64,000 bases of DNA, from contig CATNEN010000029.1 of assembly GCA_950097015.1 (NCBI GenBank), positions 2,170,001-2,234,000 of the forward strand, written 5' to 3'. The stretch's first letter is position 1. Each line of letters begins with the position of its first letter. Of this stretch, positions 11,701 through 22,300 are shown piece after piece. The notes beneath the pieces were generated by a model that was not told the DNA's origin, ran no database searches, and saw only the letters and a program-made list of their open reading frames with translations. The translations under genes and the position numbers were made by a program. The DNA comes from Macrostomum hystrix. Taxonomy: Eukaryota > Animalia > Platyhelminthes.

Positions 11701-13620
11701 GACTGGGGAGGGGGAGGTCCCTGAGCTCGATTCCGCGGCGAGGCCACATTCATTTGGGGTGCAGCCACGGAGAGAAGGCTTGGGGGCTTGTCGTGCAATT
11801 TCAGAGGGGCCAACCTCTGAGGCAAAGTGAAGTACACTGCCTGACGATGAAAAACTCACTGTGTGAGTGTGTGCCTTCGTACAGTATATGAGTGCGTGTC
11901 TGCTCAGGAGGAATGGGCACAATTGCCTCCTCGCTGGCTGCGAGTCCTATGTCACTAAATGGTGTGCCATTGCCCGCAGTCCTCCTGTAGACATTAGTTT
12001 TATGGGCAGAATCGAAATACTCGATTCTGCTTCTCTAACACCTGCCTCCACCTTGACCTCCACTCCGTCTTCACGCCTTCAGCGAGCTCCGCGCCGCCTG
12101 CTTCCTGGACGAGGCTGGCGACGCCGCCGCCGATGACGAAGTGGCTTCGATCTGCGCCGGCGGCAACGGTGAACTTGACGACACGGAGGAGGGCGTCGCT
12201 GCGCTCGAGCGCCGTATCGACGAACTGCGCGAGTCCTACGAGCAGAACCGGGAGCTGTACGCCGCTGTCGGGCTGTATCAGGACACCTGGCGGGCCTACC
12301 TGGATGTTGAACAGCGAATGAAGGACCCAGCTATACTCAGCAACCGGGGCGGCATCCTGCTTAAGACCGACAAGGAGAGGAAACAGCTGCAGAAGGAGCT
12401 GCCCAAGGTTGAGAAAAAGGTTAGCGCGCAGTCACGTGACCTTTAACAGCAGTAAGATCGCTCTAATTCCTAGCTCATAAAGCTCCCAAACCGAATGACC
12501 GATTTTCGTCAAAGTCCACCATCAGAATCAAAATTTTCCGCCCTTTACGATGAATTAACTTTCAAAGCCGTTCGATGTCAACATCGTCGAGATATTCAGC
12601 GGTTTTTGCTGAAGACCTGGTGATAAGGACAACTAACATGCTCTGTAAAAACCTATATGGTGAATTCATATGGTTCGAAAATGAAAAAATGAACCATTTT
12701 ATCAATCCAAAATAGTCAACAATGATAGGTGACATGGTCTGTTTAAAACAGGGGTCGGCAACCTCCGGCCCGCGGGCCAGATGCGGCCCTCGAAGCTCCC
12801 AAATCCGGCCCTTAGCTCCTCCTAACACCTACTCTACAGTACACCCTATCTTATCTCTCCCCTGTCTCATCTTTCCCCCTTTTCATCTCTCCCCCGTCTT
12901 ATCTCCCCCGTCTCATCTCTCACCTGTCTCATCTCTCTTGCGTCTTATCTCTCCCCTGTCTCATCTCTCCCCTTTTTCATCTCTCCCCCGTCTTATCTCT
13001 CTTGCGTATTATCTCCCCCGTCTCATCTCTCACCTGTCTCATCTCTCACCTGTCTCATCTCTCACCTGTCTCATCTCTCACCTGTCATATCTCTCACCTG
13101 TCTCATCTCTCACCTGTCTCATCTCTCACCTGTCTCATCTCTCACCTGTCTCATCTCTCCTGTGTCTGATCTCTCCCCTTTCTTTATGCGGCCCGCCATC
13201 GTCTTTAAGATTCTCTCTTTAGCCCGCGGGGTATATAAGATTGCCAACCCCTGATTTAAAACAAGCGAAACCGGGACCTCTGGACCAGAAGTTTAAAGCT
13301 ATGCCGGTAGAAAGGATCGATTTTATGATTAATCAGCCCCATTTCTTTTTTTCCTGCTGCAGGTGTCTGAGCTCATTAACAAGCTGCCCGGAGGTGACAG
13401 TTTCCGCATCCGAGGCCGCACCTTTGAGCAGCACGTGCGCCACCTGTGGGAGTCGCTGCGCACCGAGCAGGAGGCCAACAAATTCAATCGCAAAACTGGC
13501 TCCGGTCGGGTCGGCAATAACGAAGAACTGCGGCTCAGTCAGTCGCCGATGCGCGAATCGTCAACCGTGGGCGCTTCCTCGCCGAGGAAGTCGCTCTCGG
13601 CGACTGCAGGAAAGCGGTGA
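8720..13620 (+). CDS. PRC1: Protein regulator of cytokinesis 1 (PRC1/Ase1/MAP65 microtubule crosslinker), ~524 aa
   Basis: Exons 8720-8792, 10510-10940, 11194-11669 (alternative in-frame acceptor 11146), 12083-12419, 13363-13620. All introns GT-AG, phases match, total 1575 nt. Motifs ELDSIWDYIGYPEEQ, IPSEQDLERL and YQDTWRAYLDVEQRMKDPAILSNRGGILLKTDKERKQLQKELPKVE match PRC1 (DPNRFTNRGGNLLKEEK). CDK sites SPMR and SPRK. A donor at 13617 could add a further 3' exon. Confidence 0.92.
9170..10330. repeat. 26-bp minisatellite (CCAATCCTAGTACAGATCCCGAATCT)n in PRC1 intron 1
   Basis: Tandem copies, degenerating towards ~10440. Confidence 0.95.
10493..10506. promoter_or_regulatory. RFX X-box-like motif GTCACCATGGCAAC
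   Basis: Matches the GTNRCC-N0-3-RGYAAC consensus; function untested. Confidence 0.35.
11716..11987 (+). mobile_element. SINE family A copy, 5' truncated, in PRC1 intron 3
   Basis: GGTCCCTGAGCTCGATTCCGCGGCGAGGCCACATTCATTTGG... shared with 8 other copies in the window. Confidence 0.9.
12749..13253. mobile_element. Non-autonomous hAT (Charlie/MER58-like) MITE with internal ~16-bp CT-rich minisatellite
   Basis: TIRs CAGGGGTCGGCAA / TTGCCAACCCCTG; 8-bp TSD GTTTAAAA (12741-48) / ATTTAAAA (13254-61); subterminal GGCCCGCGGG; internal (CTCATCTCTCACCTGT)n at ~12860-13175. Confidence 0.88.
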
Positions 13621-14474
13621 ATTGCTTGTCACTGCGACTTGTCACTCTTTCATCAAAATCAATCATCCACTTTGACTCATTCCCCAAGTTAAGAGCTGAA
13701 ATTGTTGACAATTGTTGAATCTCAAATCTATGCTTTCAACCTTCCATTTAATAATATAGCGATAGTCTAACAAAGCTTGGACATCGGTCGAGCTGCTTTG
13801 AAACAATCAAATCTGCCTTTATTTTGCCTCCGCCTAGTGAAATAACTATATATACTGCGCTGCGAACCGAAACTGGTCGCTTTTTATTGTTTTTTTATTA
13901 TTCTTGCATTGTTGTTGTCATGCCGATAAAAATAGTTTTGTTTTAATCTGTGCAGAAGTAATGTGGCTGAGAACGAACAAACAAATTTTCCGAGTTTTTG
14001 ATGACAGTTTTCTCGTAACTAAATGCTGCTAATACGTATAAAATGTACACAAGTCGTGTATCATTTGATATACGATTATGTTTATGATCACTTGCCATTT
14101 TTCGCCATTCATTGAACAAGCTGGCTCTACAATAGTACAACCTTTAGAATCCTATTAATTTAAGGAAATTTTTCATTTATATTGCACAGTTTCTGCTGAA
14201 TTCTCGCTGATGCTTGTATTAGTTAGATCACTGCTGTACATGTAAATGTTATAATGGTATACATTTACCAAATGTCATATCTATGAAGTAGATTACAATC
14301 CTTATTTCTTGTTGTCTCGCAAGCATTTAGTTTAAAATAATGCAGAATAAAGTTGCCATATGATTGAAGCTTCACAAATCAAGAGAAAATGCTTGCCAGT
14401 TGATAAAATTTACCTCTTTTGAGTGGCATTATTGAGATTTCGACGAAACTTAAGGAAATATTCCATGGTTCACA

Positions 14475-14612
14475 ATATAATATATTTATATAATATATTT
14501 CTATAATATATAAATAAATATATAAATATTTATATATATATTATATATAATATATAAATATATAAATATATTATATATTATATATTATATAATTTTTTAA
14601 TATAAATATATA
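14475..14612. repeat. AT-only low-complexity tract
   Basis: Direct reading. Confidence 0.9.
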
Positions 14613-16343
14613 ACCTTTATTGCTAAGGTGTGACTTTCGAACTGCAATTATACGAGCGTAGGCTGCTTGTGTTCAGCTTTGGCAATTCACATCACATTTT
14701 GAAAAGCGCCGTTTCATCAAGATTTTTCAACGTAGCTCGTAACAGCTATACTTATAGTAGTGTGTCAGCATAATTTGCTCACCGCAAGGCAGACCACTAA
14801 TAGTCTAGTCTGAGTCTAGAAGTCTAGTAGCTCGGCAGTTCATGACTGGAGATTAAAGGCCCGTCACTGTGGCAACAGTGACTTGGTCCAGAAGGGTGTC
14901 GATTGTAGTCCATGGTATAGCTCGACACAATTTAGTTTTTCGCGGAAATTGTAGAAGTCAGTAATTAAAATGTTACTTGGAATATCAACTTTAAGATATC
15001 AGGTTAAAGTTACTTTTCAGTTGCGTGTATTTTATATTCCCTTGTTACAGCAAATCTGCTGCTATAGATTTGCGTTCATTTGGAAAAACATGAGGAGAAG
15101 TATTTACGAATGAGAAAGTGTCATTTAATTAGAACAATCCTAGAAAATGTTCAGATTTTTCTTTATTTTTGTCTAGCAACTTGAAAATGAAATAAAGAGC
15201 CCAAGTCAAAATTTCATCGCCCAAATGACCGTAAAAATTATGAAGTACGTTTCCGAAAAAAAATCATTTGCACTAAACATTTTTATTTCCGGTAAATTGC
15301 AACTATCCCGTTCATTTGACGACTTAAATTTCTAATGTTAAATTCTGGTATTTCAGAAATCAGATATCTGATATCAGATATTTCTGATATTTCTGACAAA
15401 ATTATGAACACTAAACTTTTTCTGCAAGCACGGATCTAAATTTTGTAAGAAAATTTAAGGTTGTTGTTTTAATGTATCACCTAATGTAAACTACATCGTG
15501 TCAAAGATTTAACAAGATATCGTTAAATATTTTTTAACTTGTTGCATAGGATGTGCATCCCGCATAGCTATTCGAGGAAGTTTTTAAACATAATATTGAA
15601 ATACATATTGGTTGTAATTATGATGATTGTAAGTTTCAGTAGTGCCATGAAGGATGACTTGGTAACTGCATTTTTACGTACTCGTGTTTTAAAAATAAAT
15701 TTATATATATAATGACGAATATATATATATATAATATAATTCTACAGGTACTTTTTGCCAGTAAAAAATTAGCTAATTGCAAGTAATAAGGTAGTAATAT
15801 TTTAGATTTATTTAAAACTTTTATGACTGCTTTTTTTTCAACTAACAGTTTTACTTACTTGTAATAATATGTTGTGATTGCTGAAAGTGGATCAAGACTG
15901 TTATCATTTTATTTTTATTTTTATTTTATGTTAGTTTTTTAGTAACAAAGAAATTGGAACTATCTTTAGCATGTTTTTAGGATTGCAATGTCACTTGAAA
16001 TTCAACAAGAAATGTTTATGGTAAAGGATCATTTTTGCTCATAGCAATAAGCTACTTGTAAATGACCCAATTGGTATCTAAGGCATACTAAGGCATGCTT
16101 AGAACCTATGTTTTAAATGAATAAATTTCGTCGATAAACTAAATTCACTGTTAGACAGGTGCACGTGACAACCATGAGAAAATTATTTTTTGTGATAAAA
16201 AGGAAATATTAATCAAAAGTGATTTTTTGACAAACAAAAATTACAGCTTTAAGTTCTTATTGGACGGCTGACGTAAATCGAACATGCACAAGATTGACAG
16301 CTCTTGAAATAAGGAAGCTGGACTGGGACCGGGACACCGTGGA

Positions 16344-19300
16344 ATGCTCTCACTCGAAGGCGAACTAGCTGTTGCCACCGGGCACAATGGCCCCGGCCTG
16401 CCGCAGCAGCTGCTGTGGGAGTTGGCCTTCGAGCCGGATCTGCGGCCGAGAGCTCTAGAATCTTTGGCCGATATTGTCCGGACCAGAACAGACGGACTTG
16501 GACACCGCGATTTGCGCCAACTGTTCGAGTCCTTGGCATGCGCTCTGCGCGACCCGGCCTGGCGCATCCGCGGCCTCGCCATCACCATTGCAACGGCTTC
16601 ACTAGAACGAAGCCGACAGTTGGCCGTTGCGCACGTCGGAGTTCTGGCGCCGGCGCTCATTCGTTGCCTCGGCGACCAATCGCCCACGAACAGACACGCC
16701 GCCGCCGGCTGCCTGCGTGGCTTCCTGCAGGCTGCCGAAGACGTCGACGCTGGCTCCGGACTGCTAGCGGCTTTGGCGCAGCACGGCGTCGACTCACCCG
16801 ATCCCGCAGTTCGCCGAGGCGCCTGCTTTGCTCTGGCCAATAGTAGCAGCCGGAGCGGCAGCGGCGGGGGTGGCCTTCGACTCCTCCCTCCGCCGGACCA
16901 GCTGCTGCCAGGACTCGACTTCAGCCCGCTGGTCGCTTCACTAGTGCGATGCCTCGCCACCGGTGATAGCGACGACGACGACGAAGAAAATGCCCTTGAC
17001 GTGGATGCCGTGGAAGATGACCAAGATGCGGAGAACGACGAAGACAACGATGAAGATGACAACTCGGAAGAGGATGACGACAGCGAGAGTGACAGCGACG
17101 ACAATTCGGACGAGAACGATGACGACGAAGCCGCAACCGCGTCACCATTCGCAGCTAAGGCGGACCGAGTCTCCAGCAAGCACACGAACGCGGCCACTCC
17201 AATGACAACATCGGAGGCGGCGGCTAGAGCGCTCGAGGTGCTTGAGGTCGGCCTACCGGCTGGCCAGTTCGCCAAATGCGTCGCCCAGCTGAATCCGCCC
17301 CTGCTGCGCTACTATAATTCTCGGCGAGAGAGCCTCGCCTTCGACTGCCTGCCGGCAGAGCCAGTGGCCGTGCTCGAATCTGGCGACGGCGACTGGCGAC
17401 GCCAGGCTGAGGCAGCCGCTGCGGTGGCCGGGGCCATTCGGCTGCTCCGCCGGCCCGAACTGCTGGTGCCGCGCCTGGGGGATCTCCTGCGCTTCCTGCG
17501 CCGCCTGCTCGATCGGCCGGCTGCAGAGGATGTGGATCGAGGCGGAGTTGCTATGGCAACCCTTGAGGCGCTCTACAGCCTGGTGGACCGGCTTGAGCCG
17601 AGCTGTCTGGAGCCGTCGCTGGTGGCGGCTCTTGACTGCGCCTCCGCCAGGCTCGGTTTGGGCGGCCTGGCCGTGCGCCAGGCCACCGCCCGCCTGGCTC
17701 GGCTGCTCATGCAGCGCCACGGCGCCCAGCGCGTCCTTGACAACGGCTACTTGGCTGTCGGCCTGTCGTCGCGTCATTCTCGCGCCAGAGAGGAAGCGCT
17801 TCAGCTGGCCATTCTGGCGCTCATCACCTTCCCCAGCTCGGACTTTGATCTCGGCAGGCTGTGCACCGCGGTGGCGCCGGCGCTGCACGACCACCGGCGG
17901 ACGGTGCGGCGCGCTGCCATGGAAACCGCCGCCCTGCTAGCCCAGGCGCTGGGACAGGTGAGTTCAATCAAGGTAAAATAAAAGGCTGCGTATAACTACC
18001 TGTACAGTCCATGTACTGGTAGTGCAAATTTTCTACACGAGCAATATCTTTCACAACCAAAGTGAACTGAAGCAATAGGGAATCTTCGGCTGAGATTCGA
18101 ACTCTCGACCTCTTTCATCTTAAATACGAGGAAATGGTTTTAAAACTGAAAACAAAAGACTCTCAATCGCAATGATCTCCGCAGTCCCGTTTGCCTTTGC
18201 TGCTCTCGGCTGTGCGGGATTCGGCGGGTCAGCCGCCTGCGGCGCCACCGGCGGCCCTACTGGAGGCGGTCACTTCTAGACTCGGGCGTCGTCGACTGCC
18301 GCGGCTGGCGTCCGACGGTCTTCTAGTAGAGTACGCCGCTGACGACGCCTTCGAATGGCCCGTTGCTGACCGTCTGGTAGATCTGGAAGACCCCGAAGAC
18401 ACTGGTGAGCCTGGATAACAAATGCCGCTTAAAATAACCGATTTCGAAAAGTCTTTCAGAAAGCCTCTGAGAACTGCTTGACAGGCGAAAAGTTCACAAA
18501 TCTAAAAATTCTCGATTCAGAAGAAACGTAGCGAGAATCGAAGCAAAATACCATTAGGACAACCTTGTTAGATATTGTTATCGTGAACAAAAAATAGCAC
18601 TGGAATCGGCGCGGATATTGAACAGAATCTAGTCAACAACGATGGGCAGAATCGAAGCACTAGCCCTAGCTAGAATCGAAGCAAAAGTTTCAGCTAGAAT
18701 CGAAGCAAAAGTTTCAGCTAGAATCGAAGCAGCATCCGTAGCGAGAATCGAAGCAGCAGCCATAGCTAGAATCGAAGCAGCAGCCGTAGCTAGAATCGAA
18801 GCAGAAGCCGTAGCTAGAATCGAAGCAGCAGCCGTAGCTAGAATCGAAGCAAAATTTTCAGCTGCTTCGGAATAGAATCGAAGCAGCAGCCGTAGCTAGA
18901 ATCGAAGCAGCAGCCGTAGCTAGAATCGAAGCAGCAGCCATAGCTAGAATCGAAGCAGCAGCCATAGCTAGAATCGAAGCAAAATTTTCAGCTGCTTCGG
19001 AATAGAATCGAAGCAGCAGCCGTAGCTAGAATCGAAGCAGCAGCCGTAGCTAGAATCGAAGCAGCAGCCATAGCTAGAATCGAAGCAGCAGCCATAGCTA
19101 GAATCGAAGCAGAAGCCGTCGCTAGAATCGAAGCAGCAGCCGTAGCTAGAATCGAAGCAGCATCCGTAGCTAGAATCGAAGCAGAAGCCGTAGCTAGAAT
19201 CGAAGCAGCAGCCGTAGCTAGAACCGAAGCAGCATCCGTAGCTAGAATCGAAGCAGCAGCCGTAGCTAGAATCGAAGCAGCAGCCGTAGCTAGAATCGAA

Positions 19301-22300
19301 GCAGCATCCGTAGCTAGAATCGAAGCAGCAGCCGTAGCTAGAATCGAAGCAGCAGCCGTAGCTAGAATCGAAGCAGCAGCCGTAGCTAGAATCGAAGCAG
19401 CAGCCGTAGCTAGAATCGAAGCAACATCCGTAGCTAGAATCGAAGCAAAATTTTCAGCTAGAATCGAAGCAGCAGCCGTAGCTAGAATCGAAGCAGCATC
19501 CGTAGCTAGAATCGAAGCAGCAGCCGTAGCTAGAATCGAAGCAGCAGCCGTAGCTAGAATCGAAGCAGCAGCCGTAGCTAGAATCGAAGCAGCAGCCGTA
19601 GCTAGAATCGAAGCAGCAGCCGTAGCTAGAATCGAAGCAGAAGCCGTAGCTAGAATCGAAGCAGCAGCCGTAGCTAGAATCGAAGCAGCATCCGTAGCTA
19701 GAATCGAAGCAGAAGCCGTAGCTAGAATCGAAGCAGCAGCCGTAGCTAGAATCGAAGCAGCAGCCGTAGCTAGAATCGAAGCAGAAGCCGTAGCTAGAAT
19801 CGAAGCAGCAGCCGTAGCTAGAATCGAAGCAGCATCCGTAGCTAGAATCGAAGCAGCAGCCGTAGCTAGGATCGAAGCAGCAGCCTTAGCTAGAATCGAA
19901 GCAACATCCGTAGCTAGAATCGAAGCAAAATTTTCAGCTAGAATCGAAGCAGCAGCCGTAGCTAGAACCGAAGCAGCATCCGTAGCTAGAATCGAAGCAG
20001 CAGCCGTAGCTAGAATCGAAGCAGAAGCCGTAGCTAGAATCGAAGCAGAAGCCGTAGCTAGAATCGAAGCAGCAGCCGTAGCTAGAATCGAAGCAGCATC
20101 CGTAGCTAGAATCGAAGCAGCAGCCGTAGCTAGAATCGAAGCAGCAGCCGTAGCTAGAATCGAAGCAGAAGCCGTAGCTAGAATCGAAGCAGCAGCCGTA
20201 GCTAGAATCGAAGCAGCATCCGTAGCTAGAATCGAAGCAGCAGCCGTAGCTAGAATCGAAGCAGCAGCCTTAGCTAGAATCGAAGCAACATCCGTAGCTA
20301 GAATCGAAGCAAAATTTTCAGCTAGAATCGAAGCAGCAGCCGTAGCTAGAATCGAAGCAGAAGCCGTAGCTAGAATCGAAGCAACATCCGTAGCTATAAT
20401 ATAGAATCGAAGCAAAATTTTCAGCTAGAATCGAAGCAGAAGCCGTAGCTAGAATCGAAGCAGCAGCCGTATCTATGAGAGTAGAATCGAAGCAGCAGCC
20501 GTAGCTAGAATGGAAGCAGCGGCTTTAGCTAGCTGGGTAACTCCAGATCCCAGTTCACAGCTGGGCGCGGAACAAATGTTGCAGCAGATTCAGAGACTGT
20601 TAAAGTGCTTTGAATGCTGGAGCAAACACAGCCAGTCTTCTTGATGGCGTCAAAGCAGCTTAAACCAACTCAGCTCATGGTTTGAGCTCCAGTTGTTTTC
20701 TGATGTAGACACAGCAGCAGCTCGGGATGTGGAGTGTGCCAACATACTCCACAGCAAAGAAAAGGATATTTCATGGTTGGGTAAATTTGTTCAATTCTGA
20801 GAATTTTCAGTAAAGGATCGTAGAATTCAGATCTTCAGAATTTTTAATATTTACGATTAGAAGGGATATTAAAAGGTTGGGATTTTCTAAGTTGGAATAT
20901 TTCTAAATACGGATAAGCTAGGATATTTATAACTTGTATAATCAAAAAGATGGGATATTTAGAAGATGGGATATTTAGAAGATGGGATATTTAGAAGATG
21001 GGATATTTAGAAGATGGGATATTTAGAAGATGGGATATTTAGAAGATGGGATATTTAGAAGATGGGATATTTAGAAGATGGGATATTTAGAAGATGGGAT
21101 ATTTAGAAGATGGGATATTTAGAAGATGGGATATTTAGAAGATGGGATATTTAGAAGATGGGATATATTTAATATTTGGATCCGGAGCTGGGATTCATAA
21201 GTTTATTCAGTATTTGGGAGTTACAAAATTTTGATTGTTCTCGGTAAGTCGCAGCAGTTTTATCCCTAAATGAATTCGCAGGAACAGCAGCAAGTCGCAA
21301 CTACAGCGCCGGACGATCGCTCAAGACGGCAAAGTTTCCATGGCAGGAGCAGCTAGAGCAGCAGCAGCAGCAGCAGCCGCAGCCGACAAGCAAAGCCGAA
21401 AATACCTGGGGTATTATTTCCATTTTAATTTCGGATTCTATCATCCAGTGGTCGTAACTATGTCAACACGGGTTTTACCCTAGTGGTTAGAGTGTCGGAC
21501 TCACGACTTAAAGGTCTGGGGTTCGATTCTTGACTCCGCTGTAACAATATGTGTCATTTTGCAAGACGCTTAACTGTGATTTGCCTGAGCACTAAGGCCC
21601 CTGAGCTCGATTCCGCGGCCACGCCACATTCATTTCCCTGTACCATGAGGGCCAACCTCCAAGGCACAGTGAGAAATGACTGACCATGAGAAACTCAGGG
21701 CAGATGTACACACCTGTGTGAGCGTGTGCCTGCTCACGGTATTTGTGTGCGTGTGTGCTCAGGAGTCAGCGAAATGTGGCGAAATGTACGTCGCGCAATA
21801 GCTGCGGCTGTGCTGTCGGCTGCACGTCTGCCACAATTGGGACAGGTTTAATCAATTACTCTGATTTCGATTTTGATTTTCTAAATTGAGAACTTTGAGA
21901 ACTGTTTCTAATATTTTTGTTAAAACAAAGCAATTCCTGTGCAACAACAGAACTGGCACGGTTGCAGTGGCGCCGGTAACTTAAAAGTGCAAAGCAGCGC
22001 CGGCTATTTTTTTCTAACCATTCTTTTTTTGTCTCACTTGGCGACCCAGCTGCACCGGCAAAATTTCGGTGCCTCTCTCCTTCTTTCTCTCTCTCTCCCT
22101 TCTCTTCTGCCAATCGGCAATTCAGCAGCAGCAGTCACAAACACTGCCTTTAAGTCACCCCACCTTTGTCGCCTATGCTGCTGCTGCTGCTGAAGAGATT
22201 ATAGGCGAGTACTTTACTCTCCCATGTCCAGCTAACACTCACCCGCTGAGTTGCACTTGTCTTCCTCAATTCTCTCCCCAATGTTCCTCTCTGCCTCATA

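Noticed and set aside
16241-17894. Long antisense ORFs over GC-rich exons (also at 10494, 31094, 31224, 34003, 40405)
   Set aside because: Shadow frames of GC-rich coding sequence with no recognisable motifs
18988-20415. 475-aa minus-strand ORF (ASILATAA)n and the open plus-strand frame (ARIEAAAV)n as a coding exon
   Set aside because: Openness follows from the 24-bp unit. Phase-compatible TTTTCAG acceptors exist, but frames hit stops (~18873, ~20400, ~20490) before any good donor, and the gene splices cleanly 18404^20709.
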